Source: Thermoanaerobaculia bacterium (lineage in GTDB: Bacteria; Acidobacteriota; Thermoanaerobaculia; Multivoradales; Multivoraceae). From it: DNA of 64,000 nucleotides. Below, piece after piece: positions 11,607-21,462 of this stretch. Where the stretch lies: positions 800,001 through 864,000 of the forward strand of contig OY761158.1 in NCBI GenBank assembly GCA_963664405.1, given 5' to 3'. The position numbers and the translations under genes are program-made. Each line of letters opens with the position of its first letter. Positions within the stretch are counted from its first letter, which is position 1. The notes under the pieces are model-generated. The model made no database searches. It was given only the letters and a program-made list of their open reading frames with translations, and was not told where the DNA came from.

Positions 11607-14600
11607 TTGGCCATGGCAAGCGCGGCTAGTTTCTCCGTCAAGCGACCGGTCCTGATCAACCTGGTCGTGATTCTGCTGGTCATCGGCGGTGCCGTGAGCT
11701 ATCGCCAGATGGCGCAGGAGCAGTTCCCCGACATCGACAGCGAAAGGGCCCTCATAACGACCGTCATGCCCGGTGCATCCCCCAAAGAGATCGAGCAGCT
11801 CATCACCATCCCGATGGAGGAGGAGCTCGCCAAGATCGACGATATCGACGAGATGCAGTCCACTTCGAGCGACTCGATGTCGACCATCTTGATCTTCTTC
11901 CTACCCGGCGTAGATATCTTCGAGAAGACCACCGAGATCCAGAATCAGATCGAAAAGGTCGAGCGCTTCCCCGAGGAGGCCGAAAACCCCATCGTCGTCG
12001 AGGCCAGGCCCAACTTTCCGGCCATTGCGGTGTCGGTTGTCGGCAGCTCGCCGGAGCCGGAGGTCAAGGCCTTCGTCGATGACTTCGAAGATGAGCTCAA
12101 GAGCCTAGCCGGCGTCGATGAGATCCGAATCGCGGGGGTGCGCGAGCGCGAGATCTGGGTCGAAGTCGACCCTCTGCGACTCCAAGGCTACGGGCTGTCT
12201 CTGAACGACGTGGCGACGGCTCTGGGAAAGCGAAACCTCAACCTCCCCGGCGGTTTGATCCGCATGGATCGGGGCGAGTTCAGCGTGCGCACCGAGGCCG
12301 AGTTTCAGAACGTCGAGCAGATACGCGACACCATTCTGCTCGGCGACCGCGACCAGGGCTACGTCTTCGTTCGCGATGTGGCGGAGGTCAGTGACCGCTG
12401 GGAGGAGCAGAACTCTCTGGCACGCCTCAACGGAGCGCCCGCGGCCACCTTGACCATCACCAAGGGCGAAGGCGTCGACGCCCTCGACCTGGTCAAGCAA
12501 ATCAAGGCGAAGATCGCCGAGTTCGAGCCGCGCCTTCCCGCCGGCAGCCGAATGCGCATCACGGATGACATTTCGATCGAGATTCGGAGCCGCCTCTCGG
12601 GTCTGTACAGCAACATGTTCGTCGGCCTCCTCTTGGTCATCGGATCGTTCACCCTGTTCATCGGTTGGCGCCCGGCCCTGATGGTCGCGGCCGGGATTCC
12701 GGTGGCTTTCCTCACCACCTTCATCCTGCTCCACGCGTGGGGCTCGACCGTCAATATGCTGGTGCTGTTCAGCCTGATTCTGGTCCTGGGCTTGATGGTC
12801 GACGACGCCATCGTCGTCTGCGAGAACGTGTATCGCCACGTCGAGAAGGGCATGCCGCTGCGCCAAGCCGCGATCCACGGCACCGAGCAGATCACCTGGC
12901 CGGTGCTGGCCACCGTGATGACGACCGTCGCAGCGTTTCTCCCTCTTCTGCTCATGACCGGCATTCTCGGCGAGTTCATGAAGACGGTCCCGATCGTGGT
13001 GACACTCGCGCTCCTCGCCTCCCTCCTGGAGGCCTTCTTCATCCTTCCTTGCCACATCTCGGAGTGGGGAGGGCGCCAGGGACGTGTCGCCGCACGTCGA
13101 GAAAAGGCTGCGCGACCGTGGCTGAAGAGCATGGAGCGGGCCTATCGGCGCCTCCTGGGCTTCTTTCTACGCCATCGCTACCGGACCGTCGCCGCTACCC
13201 TTCTGGGTGCCTTTCTCACCCTCAACCTCGCCTACAGCCGGATGGAGTTCGTTCTGCTGGGTGGCCAGGATCTCGAGGCTTTCGCCGTCGCCATCGAAGC
13301 TCCCACCGGTGCCTCGCTGAAGGAGACCGAGCGGATCGTGAAAGAGGTCGAGAGCCAGGCTCTCGCGCTGAGCGAGGAGGCCTCCGATATCGAGAATGTG
13401 CGCTCCGAGGTCGGCTCTGTGGGTCGCCGGGACTTCGAGCGTCAGGTCGGCTCGCATTTTGGAGAGGTCTCGGTGGATCTCAGTCTCCTGCACAACCGCC
13501 AGCAGTCCGGACACGAGGTGAAAGACCTGCTCCGCAGCCGACTTCAAGACGTCGCGGGTGCGCGTACGATGAGCTTCGAAGAGACCCGCACCGGCCCGCC
13601 TGTCGGCGCACCGGTAGCGGTGAATATCAAAGGCGACAATTTCGCCACCCTCAAGACAATCAGCGAGGAGATCAAGGACTTTCTCGCCTCGATTGACGGA
13701 GTCAAGGACATCATCGACAACTTTCCGCTCGGCAAGGATGAGGTGCGACCCGAGCTGGATCTCGAGAAGCTCGCTGCCCTCGGTCTCGACGTGCAGACAG
13801 TCGCCAGCGAGATCCGTGGAGCCTTCGAGGGCATCGAAGCCACCCGCATCTACGATGGCAACGAAGAAGTCGAGGTGATGGTCAAGTTCAACGACGCCCA
13901 CCGGCGCACCGTCTCGGGACTCCAGGAAATGCAGTTCGCGACCCCGAACGGACTGGTGCCGTTCAGCAACATCGGTCGAATGGTTCGTCTGCCTGGCTAC
14001 TCCCAGATCACCCACCACGACCAGAAGAGAACCATCCAGGTCACAGCAGCCGTAGTCGAAGGAGTGGCCAACTCCCGCCGCGTCAACGAAGCCGTGTTCG
14101 CCGAGTTTTCGGATCTCGGCGAGCGCTACCCCGGCTACAACCTCGATCTTGCCGGCGAGTTCGCCGACACCCAAGAGTCGATCGCCTCGATGATCCGCGC
14201 CTTCTCGATCACCCTCATTCTGATCTACGTCATCCTCGGCGGTCTCTTCCAGTCGTTTCTGCAGCCGCTGATCGTGATGTTCGCCGTTCCGCTCGCCTTC
14301 ATGGGAGTGATCATCGGCTTCTTCATCACGGGGCACTCGCTCGGACTGTTCTCGATCATCGGAACCATCGCCCTCGCCGGAATCGTGGTCAACGACTCTC
14401 TTATTCTCATCGACTTCATCAATCGCGAGCGGACGAGAGGTCGCGGCCGCGACCGCTCGGTGCTTCTGGCCGGAGCCGCCCGCCTGCGTCCGATCATTCT
14501 GACCTCGGTCACCACCATCCTCGGGTTGCTGCCGATGTCGATCGGCCTCTTCGGCGTCGACCGCTTTCTACAGCCGATGGCGATGGCGATCGCTTGGGGC

Positions 14601-14768
14601 CTGACCTTCGCGACCGCCCTGACACTGATCGTAGTCCCCTGTGTGTATAGAATCTTCGACGACATCTCGATGCTCGTCATGAAGCGACCCCTGGCGGCCA
14701 ACCTCACACCGGGGCACGATGACGAAGTCGACCCGAGCAGCCGTCTTTTGACGACAGAGGTAGCCTGA
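11607..14768 (+). CDS. RND efflux permease (AcrB/AcrD/AcrF family)
   Basis: 1053 aa; PGASPKEIE, GLMVDDAIVVCEN, GIVVNDS, RLRPIILTS. Confidence 0.95.
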   Translation: MAMASAASFSVKRPVLINLVVILLVIGGAVSYRQMAQEQFPDIDSERALITTVMPGASPKEIEQLITIPMEEELAKIDDIDEMQSTSSDSMSTILIFFLPGVDIFEKTTEIQNQIEKVERFPEEAENPIVVEARPNFPAIAVSVVGSSPEPEVKAFVDDFEDELKSLAGVDEIRIAGVREREIWVEVDPLRLQGYGLSLNDVATALGKRNLNLPGGLIRMDRGEFSVRTEAEFQNVEQIRDTILLGDRDQGYVFVRDVAEVSDRWEEQNSLARLNGAPAATLTITKGEGVDALDLVKQIKAKIAEFEPRLPAGSRMRITDDISIEIRSRLSGLYSNMFVGLLLVIGSFTLFIGWRPALMVAAGIPVAFLTTFILLHAWGSTVNMLVLFSLILVLGLMVDDAIVVCENVYRHVEKGMPLRQAAIHGTEQITWPVLATVMTTVAAFLPLLLMTGILGEFMKTVPIVVTLALLASLLEAFFILPCHISEWGGRQGRVAARREKAARPWLKSMERAYRRLLGFFLRHRYRTVAATLLGAFLTLNLAYSRMEFVLLGGQDLEAFAVAIEAPTGASLKETERIVKEVESQALALSEEASDIENVRSEVGSVGRRDFERQVGSHFGEVSVDLSLLHNRQQSGHEVKDLLRSRLQDVAGARTMSFEETRTGPPVGAPVAVNIKGDNFATLKTISEEIKDFLASIDGVKDIIDNFPLGKDEVRPELDLEKLAALGLDVQTVASEIRGAFEGIEATRIYDGNEEVEVMVKFNDAHRRTVSGLQEMQFATPNGLVPFSNIGRMVRLPGYSQITHHDQKRTIQVTAAVVEGVANSRRVNEAVFAEFSDLGERYPGYNLDLAGEFADTQESIASMIRAFSITLILIYVILGGLFQSFLQPLIVMFAVPLAFMGVIIGFFITGHSLGLFSIIGTIALAGIVVNDSLILIDFINRERTRGRGRDRSVLLAGAARLRPIILTSVTTILGLLPMSIGLFGVDRFLQPMAMAIAWGLTFATALTLIVVPCVYRIFDDISMLVMKRPLAANLTPGHDDEVDPSSRLLTTEVA

Positions 14769-15340
14769 CCAAAGTCCTGACAGTCCTCCTCGCCATAACC
14801 CTGGTCGGTGCCGCTTCGGGAAGTGAGCGAGTCAAGAACCTCGAGATCGTCGATCGAGCGATCGAGTTCCACGGCGGCGACATCTACACCTCCTCGGAGA
14901 CCAGCCTCGATCTCTGTTCGAAGAGCGGCTGCTTCCCCTTCCTCCCCTTCCGCCTAAACGACCCGAGCGTTTACAAGGAAGACCTCGGTCTGGTCCACTG
15001 GGGCGGCCGAGAGCTGCACAAGGTCAAGGTGAGCTTCGAGCCCATGAGCTCCGGCGATGCCACCGACGAATACGCCTATTGGTTCGATCCCGACACGGCC
15101 CAGTTAGTCCTCTTCGCCTACTCTTACGAGGGCAACCCCGGCGGGCTGCGTTTCCGCAAGGCCTTCAACTACCGTCGCGTAGGGGGGATCCTTTTCTTCG
15201 ACCAGGAGAATCTGGGTGTCGACATCGAGGGACTATCGGTCGATCAGATCGACGAGCGCTTCGTCTCGGAGCGGCTCAGGCAAATCTCGACCGTCACCCT
15301 CCAGAATTTTCAGGTGCGGCCACTCGAGGCAAAGGAATAA
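14765..15340 (+). CDS. DUF6503-like secreted protein, probable CTG start, possibly internally deleted
   Basis: The frame of ORF 15029..15340 is open back to CTG 14765, which overlaps the RND stop (CTGA) with GAGG upstream. It gives a signal peptide (M)TKVLTVLLAITLVGAASG, then IVDRAIEFHGG...FLPFRLNDP...GGLRFRKA. Confidence 0.65.
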   Translation: MTKVLTVLLAITLVGAASGSERVKNLEIVDRAIEFHGGDIYTSSETSLDLCSKSGCFPFLPFRLNDPSVYKEDLGLVHWGGRELHKVKVSFEPMSSGDATDEYAYWFDPDTAQLVLFAYSYEGNPGGLRFRKAFNYRRVGGILFFDQENLGVDIEGLSVDQIDERFVSERLRQISTVTLQNFQVRPLEAKE

Positions 15341-15856
15341 GAGCCTCTTCGAGAGGCAGTCCCTTACCAAAAAAGAACCCCTGCGCGTAGTCCACGCCCG
15401 CATCTCGCAGGGACGCCAGCGTCGCCGCGTCTTCGACGAACTCAGCGATGGTCTCCTTGTCGAGAGCCGCGGCGACTTCGACGATAGCCTTGACCAGCGC
15501 CCGGTCCGCCTGATCCAAGGCGAGGCCCCGGACGAAATTGCCGTCGATCTTGAGCAACTCAACTGGCAGCTGTTTCAACCGATAGAGAGACGAGAAACCG
15601 ACGCCGAAGTCGTCGAGCGCGAATCGACAGCCCATCGCGTTCAAGGCGGACATGAAGTCGATGGCAAGGCCCAGATCAGAGATCGCAGCGCTCTCGGTGA
15701 TCTCGAAGATCAAGCGCGAGGCATCGAGCCGATGGTGCACAACGGCGTCTTTGACCAGCTCAACGATCTCTTGCTGGCCGATCGATCGGCCCGACAAATT
15801 GACACCGAGCACCGACGTCGGAGGCAGCTCCGCCCCACAGAGATGCTCCAAGACAT
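15294..15856 (-). pseudogene. 3' half (EAL domain) of IS-interrupted PAS-GGDEF-EAL gene
   Basis: VNLS, FEITE, ALDDFG, KIDG, AEFVE, YAQG motifs; rejoins the 5' half in frame when the insertion and one CAT are removed. Confidence 0.9.
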
Positions 15857-15903
15857 GGCGGATTCAACTGGTCGTCGCAACATCTCGTGATGGAGGTGTT
15901 TCG

Positions 15904-17301
15904 ATGGGAGTTGGCAAGTGTCAGGGTGCGATTCGAGCGATGCGTGGCCAGATGCGGTCACCTGGCCGGCCCTCGACAGCGCGGCGCGAGGACCGGATCC
16001 GGTTCTGGGAGACGATCGCTCGTGGGGCGTCCAGCGAGGACGCCGCAACAGAGGCTGGGGTGTCGCCGGCTGTCGGGTCGAGATGGTTCAGGCAAGCTGG
16101 TGGAATGCGACCTATCTCGTTGGCTCCGGTGTCGGGGCGTTATCTGTCGTTCGCCGAGCGTGAAGAGATCGCCATCCTTCACGCTCAGCATGTTGGGGTA
16201 CGTGAGATCGCTCGCCGCCTGGGTCGTTCACCGTCGACGATTTCGCGGGAGCTGCGCCGCAACGCGGCGACTCGCAGCCGTGCCGTAACTTATCGGGCCA
16301 CGACTGCGCAGTGGCACGCGGAGCGGCGCGCCAGCCGTCCGAAGGTCTCCAAGCTTGCCGCGAACGATGCCTTGCGTGAGTACGTGCAGAACCGCCTCGC
16401 CGGCGTGATCGCAAGGCCTGACGGGGAGCTGGTGCCGGGTCCGGATGTGCGTTGGATCGGCCGTCGGCACGGCCGTCGCCAGGATCGGCGTTGGGCGAAA
16501 TCCTGGAGTCCGGAGCAGATCTCGAACCGGCTTCGGATTGATTTCCCCCATAATGAGTCGATGCGGATCTCTCACGAGGCGATCTACCAAGCGCTCTACA
16601 TCCAAGGTCGAGGAGCCCTCAAACGCGAGCTCGTCGCGTGCCTGCGAACCGGGCGAGCGCTACGAGTGCCGCATGCGCGAACCCGGGGGAGAGGCAAGAA
16701 ATTTGTAACTCCGGAGATCATGATCAGCGAACGCCCCGCCGAAGCCGGCGACAGGGCCGTGCCGGGTCACTGGGAAGGCGACCTGATCGTCGGGCTCGAG
16801 AGCTCAGCGATCGGGACCCTCGTCGAACGCACTACGCGGTTCACGATGCTGCTGCACCTGCCCCGCATGGAAGGGCACGGGACCGAATCGAGGGTGAAGA
16901 ACGGGCCGGCCCTCGCCGGGCACGGCGCCGAAGCCGTCCGTGACGCGATCGCGGTGTCAATCACCACGCTGCCCGAGCAGCTCCGCCGGTCCTTGACCTG
17001 GGACCAGGGCGCCGAGATGGCTCAACACGCTCAACTCCGCGTCGATACCGGCCTCGCGATCTACTTCTGCGACCCGCACAGCCCCTGGCAGCGGGGCACC
17101 AACGAGAACACCAACGGACTACTACGCCAGTACTTCCCGAAGGGCACCGACCTTGTCAGATACTCCTGCGACGACCTCGCCGCGGTCGCGCTCGCACTCA
17201 ACGGCCGACCCCGCAAGACCCTCGGCTGGAGAACCCCTGCCGAAGTCTTCGATGAGCTTGTACACTCTGCTCACCAAGGCAACGCTGCGACGACTCCTTG
17301 A
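15904..17301 (+). CDS. IS30-family transposase
   Basis: GRYLSFAEREEI HTH, WSPEQIS, ISHEAIYQ, PGHWEGDL, TWDQGAEM, SPWQRGTNENTNGLLRQYFPKG; ATG 15904 after GGAGG. Confidence 0.96.
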   Translation: MGVGKCQGAIRAMRGQMRSPGRPSTARREDRIRFWETIARGASSEDAATEAGVSPAVGSRWFRQAGGMRPISLAPVSGRYLSFAEREEIAILHAQHVGVREIARRLGRSPSTISRELRRNAATRSRAVTYRATTAQWHAERRASRPKVSKLAANDALREYVQNRLAGVIARPDGELVPGPDVRWIGRRHGRRQDRRWAKSWSPEQISNRLRIDFPHNESMRISHEAIYQALYIQGRGALKRELVACLRTGRALRVPHARTRGRGKKFVTPEIMISERPAEAGDRAVPGHWEGDLIVGLESSAIGTLVERTTRFTMLLHLPRMEGHGTESRVKNGPALAGHGAEAVRDAIAVSITTLPEQLRRSLTWDQGAEMAQHAQLRVDTGLAIYFCDPHSPWQRGTNENTNGLLRQYFPKGTDLVRYSCDDLAAVALALNGRPRKTLGWRTPAEVFDELVHSAHQGNAATTP

Positions 17302-17308
17302 ACCCAAG

Positions 17309-17722
17309 CAGTACGCCTCGAAGGCTTACCAGGATCGGCTGGCTGAGCTGCGGTTTCGCTGCAGCATGTCCGGCGTCGGAAATTGTTATGACAATGCGGT
17401 CTTGGAGAGCTTCTTCGACAGTCTCAAGACCGAGGTCTGGGACCGACCCTTCGAGACTCGTCAGCGAGCTCACGACGAAGCGGTTTCTTACCTCGAAGTG
17501 TTCTACAACCTGAGACGCCAGCATTCGACGCTCGGATTCCTGAGCCCCGAGGCCTTCGAAGGGGCAGCGTGAACTCACGCGCGACCGGCGGTCGGATCCG
17601 AAGGGAGGCTGCGCTCCCCGAACCTCGCACAGCCTCGTCCGAAGCTGACTACCCGAACTGATGCAGAATAGGAACTGCCCCGATGGGGCTTAACTTGGTG
17701 TCCACGAAACCGTGACCGCTCA
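17309..17722 (+). pseudogene. IS3-family remnant: C-terminal integrase core and right end
   Basis: QYASKAY...SMSGVGNCYDNAVLESFFDSLKTE...YNLRRQHSTLGFLSP (stop 17572), then an IS3-like IRR GTGTCCACGAAACCGTGACCGCTCA ending in CA at 17722. Confidence 0.88.
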
Positions 17723-17800
17723 GAACCCCTGCCGAAGTCTTCGATGAGTTTGTACACTCTGCTCACCAAGGCAACGTTGCGACGACCCCTTGAACCCAAG
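17723..17800 (+). repeat. 78-bp second copy of the IS30 3' end
   Basis: Matches 17231..17308 with 3 substitutions. Confidence 0.92.
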
Positions 17801-19310
17801 CATGCTCCACAACCCAGAAATCGATGTCACGAATGGATCCGAAGCGCTCGGCAAGATCGAGGAAGCTCGCCGCCGGCAAAATCTGGCCGTCGGCGGCGCG
17901 GAGGCGAAGAAGGATTTCATGGAAGAAAAGAGTTCCGTCGTTGACGCTGTAAACCGGCTGTGCGAAAAGCTCGAAGTCCCTGCGGTCGAGAGCCCCCCGT
18001 ACCCGATTCAGCAGCTGCGCGCTCACCTCCTCACTCGCCGCGCCGCCGCTCTCTTCACTAGCGAAGACCGCGAAGCGGTTACGGCCGAGCTCCTTCGCTC
18101 GATACATGGAGAGGTCGGCATGAGCCAAGACATGCTCACAAGAAGTCCCGTGGTCGGGATACAGAGCGACGCCGATGCTGGCGGTAGTCGAGGCGCGCTC
18201 GTCGCCGGTGGCTGCGTAGAGTCGGATCATCGCCAGCAGCCCTCCGGCCACCTCTTCGAAGGAATCCGGACGCGGGCCTTGGAGCAGAACCGCGAACTCG
18301 TCCCCACCGATCCGCGCCACGACGTCCGACTCACGAAAGCGTCGCCGCAACAGCTCACCGAAGCCGGCCAGGTAGGTATCGCCGACCTTGTGTCCAAAGC
18401 GATCGTTCACATCCTTGAAACCATCGAGGTCGATAACGAGGACCGCGCCGCTGGTCCCGTAACGCACCGACTCAGCCAGACTCTTTTCCAGCTGACCCTC
18501 GAAGAAACTTCTGTTGTAGAGGCGTGTCAATGAGTCGTGGGTGGCTCGGTGAGCAAGCTGCTGTTCGCGACGGCGACGATCTGTAATTTCACGAGCGATC
18601 CCTTCGAAGCCCACCACCTGCCCCGCCTCGATGACCAGCTGCACGTTCTGGCCCACCCAGACTTCGTTGCCTCCGCTGGTCGAGACCGGGACTTCGAGAT
18701 AGGTACTCGCGACCCGATCCCGGAGCTGCTGAAAGTAGAAACGACGCACCTCAAAGCGACTGGTCGCGGGTACCAGATCGACGTAGCGACGGTTCAGGAG
18801 CTCTTCGACTGACCATCCCAGGAGATCGGCCGCGGCGGGACTGACATACCTGAGGCCACCTACGGCATCGACCCTAAAAACGATATCAGCGGAGTGTTCT
18901 ACCAAATGCCGCAGACGTCGATTCTCGAAGCGCTCGCGCCTGACCACTTCGAGGCTGTCGTCCTCGAGTGGTGGGTGCAAGACCAGGAGTGCACGACCTG
19001 TCTCCTCAGCTTCCTCTATTGCTGCTAACACCTCGACAACAACGCAGCGCCCGTCTATCGACCGCAGCTCGACCTCTCGCCCCTCGAGATCAGAGAGAGG
19101 GGCGCTGCTCGAGATCAGGGGATCGACACCGGAGCCCTCCGCGAAGAGGTCTCGCAGCGGCATTCCCGCCAGGCTGTTCTGCTCGTCGGCACCGACGAGT
19201 CTAAGCAGGGGCGGGCTGAGCTCGATGACCACGGGCCGTGGCTGTAGAGAAAAGCGCAGCACGCACAGCGAGCTCCACAGATCTCCCAACAACGGACGAG
19301 CCAGCGTCAC
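17801..19310 (-). pseudogene. 5' half of PAS-PAS-GGDEF-EAL c-di-GMP enzyme, IS-interrupted
   Basis: PAS (YVSPA..LLGW), HDSLTRLYNR, RESD I-site, ARIGGDEF, EILLR; reconstituted gene about 689 aa. Confidence 0.9.
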
Positions 19311-19392
19311 AAGTCACAACCTCTCTCCCAACGGAGCCAAGTGAAGAACAGAAAGCGCGACTGTAGCAGAGCTGCACTGGGAAAGGGGGCGG

Positions 19393-20052
19393 TCAGCGGT
19401 CGATCCCGAGCGCAGAAAGGTCTGCCACGACGGCGTCGTGAAAGTTCTCTATCGCCTCTCGCTGACGGCGATTCAGTTTCAGACGCTCGGCGCTGCTGCG
19501 GTCGCTCAGGTACTCGAGGTCGAAGGCCTGTAGCTTCTGGATGACCGCGGTCGCCTGTCGGCGCATCTCCGCCTGCCCCTCCAGGGCCGAGCGAAGACTG
19601 CCTTCTAGAGTGTCGTTGATCGCAGCTGTTTGAGTGCCGATGGAATCGGTGCGAGCCTCGAGACCATCGAGCTTGCTCTGGGCGATCTCGAGCTCGAGAA
19701 GCACCGCATCGTTCTCCTCCCGGAGAACTTGGAAACCTCTACCGAGAAGGTCGCTCACCTCATCCAGCTGCTCCTCCACCACGTCGCGCGCCTCCTCGGG
19801 CACGAGCTCGAGGATCTCCTGACGATCGTCCCGAAACTCCTCGAGAGTCCGTGGAATGACCTCCGCGACCACCTGCTCAATGTTCTGCCACTGCCGGACC
19901 TCGCTGTCATAGCGTTCCTCGCATGAAACGGTCGCTCCCTGCGCAGCCATCTTGTCGGTGCGGCACTCCTCCAGCAACGCCTCAATCTCGGCCAGCTCCG
20001 AGCGGGAAGCACAACCGCCAATGAGAACAAGCACAATCAAAGATCGGACCAT
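19393..20052 (-). CDS. Hypothetical coiled-coil lipoprotein
   Basis: Short signal with lipobox-like IGGC; helical acidic body; GGAGG SD. Confidence 0.7.
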   Translation of the reverse strand: MVRSLIVLVLIGGCASRSELAEIEALLEECRTDKMAAQGATVSCEERYDSEVRQWQNIEQVVAEVIPRTLEEFRDDRQEILELVPEEARDVVEEQLDEVSDLLGRGFQVLREENDAVLLELEIAQSKLDGLEARTDSIGTQTAAINDTLEGSLRSALEGQAEMRRQATAVIQKLQAFDLEYLSDRSSAERLKLNRRQREAIENFHDAVVADLSALGIDR

Positions 20053-20146
20053 AGAGTCACCTCCGCAACAAGCATAACTGAGGAAGACACGGGTGCCGTC
20101 GACCTGGCGGGAGGCCTATACTCCTGCTAGCCTGCCCTCTTTGCCC

Positions 20147-21454
20147 ATGCTTCGACCCCTGGCCCTCCTTCTCCTCTTTTCATCGACTCTCCAAGCGGAA
20201 GAGGCCGCTAGGCCTCGTGCGCTTTTCATTGCCATCGACGCGGTGCCTCACCACATCATGGCGGAGCTGGAACAAGAAGAGACGAACCAATTCTATCGCG
20301 CCCTCGAGGGGCCAACGCCCCTGATCAGCACCTTTCCGTCGACCACCAGCCTGGCGCTCGCGGCCATCCTCGAACCCCTGGGGATCGTGCAATCACCCGG
20401 CTACGAAGCCAAGCACTACAACTGGGAGCGCAACCGAGTAACCGGCGGTGGGCTCTTCTCCTATGAGCCTTTCCCCTGGCGCGAGTCCTTCGACTGGAAG
20501 ATCCACGGTCTTCTGCGCAAGGGACTCAGCGCTCTTCGCCCGATCAAGGCCGCGCGCAAAGACATCCGCCAGTCCCTGCAAGCGTTTCTCGAGTCCGACG
20601 CCCCTACCTTCTTTATCTATTTCGACACCACCGATTCCGCGGGACACCTCAAGAGCCCGGAGGGATTGAAGCCGATTCTGCGGGAGCTCGATCATCGCCT
20701 CTCGGAAATGCGCGAGGACAACCCCGACACCCCCTTCTTCACCGTTCTCTTCTCCGACCACGGTCTCGATGGCGGTGCGCCGCTCACCAATGTGCGCAAA
20801 GGTGTGAAACGCTCGCTGCAGACTCGTGGCTTCCACGTTGGCTCAAAACTCCGCCGAGACACCGATGTCGTCTTCGTACCCTTCGGATTGGTCTCGAGCT
20901 TTGTCGCGTATGTCTCTCCCGGCATTGAGATCGAGGTGGCCAAAGTCATCACCAGCACCGAGGGGGTAGAGCTCTGCGCCCATCCCGAGGCTGAGGGCTG
21001 GCGAGTCGAGGCTTCTCGCGGCAGTGCCGCGATCGAAAGATCGACTGAAGCCCCCTTCCGCTGGCGCTACAGCTGGAGTGGGGAAGATCCCCTCGATCTC
21101 GGAGAAGAGCTCCACAACTCCTTCGCGAACCGGCGCTGGGTCGAAGATGCCGAGGTCTTTCGGGCGACCCACGATCGAAGGTTGCCAGACCCTCTTCATC
21201 GCATCGTAAGGAGCTTCGACCTGGTGGAGAACCCGGCATCCCTGGTCTGCTCTGTCGCACCGGGATTCATGTACGGAAGTAAGTTGACGGTCATAGGCTC
21301 ACGCATGTCCGTCGGCCGGCTCGAATGGACTCACGGCGCACTCGACCGCAGCGCGAGCCTCGGCTTCTTGATGACCGACGTGCCTGGGTGGCAGCCTGAG
21401 GCGGCTCTTCGCTTCGACGAGGCCTTGAAGCCCTTCGCCGATCTCGCGGAGTAG
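20147..21454 (+). CDS. Alkaline-phosphatase superfamily (NPP/phosphodiesterase-like) secreted protein
   Basis: Signal peptide; IAIDAV, STFPSTT, DSAGH, SDHG, THG metal and nucleophile motifs. Confidence 0.78.
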   Translation: MLRPLALLLLFSSTLQAEEAARPRALFIAIDAVPHHIMAELEQEETNQFYRALEGPTPLISTFPSTTSLALAAILEPLGIVQSPGYEAKHYNWERNRVTGGGLFSYEPFPWRESFDWKIHGLLRKGLSALRPIKAARKDIRQSLQAFLESDAPTFFIYFDTTDSAGHLKSPEGLKPILRELDHRLSEMREDNPDTPFFTVLFSDHGLDGGAPLTNVRKGVKRSLQTRGFHVGSKLRRDTDVVFVPFGLVSSFVAYVSPGIEIEVAKVITSTEGVELCAHPEAEGWRVEASRGSAAIERSTEAPFRWRYSWSGEDPLDLGEELHNSFANRRWVEDAEVFRATHDRRLPDPLHRIVRSFDLVENPASLVCSVAPGFMYGSKLTVIGSRMSVGRLEWTHGALDRSASLGFLMTDVPGWQPEAALRFDEALKPFADLAE

Positions 21455-21462
21455 CCACCATC

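Larger units (their letters stand above)
15857..17800 (+). mobile_element. Composite IS30-family element carrying an IS3 remnant and a duplicated IS30 right end
   Basis: IRL GGCGGATTCAACTGGTCGTCGCAAC (15857) against IRR GTTGCGACGACCCCTTGAACCCAAG (ends 17800); flanked by CAT direct repeat (15854-15856, 17801-17803). Confidence 0.9.

Noticed and set aside
15652-15903. N-terminal extension of the 549-aa IS30 ORF
   Set aside because: Mostly outside the IRL and antisense to the EAL fragment; the SD-supported start is 15904.
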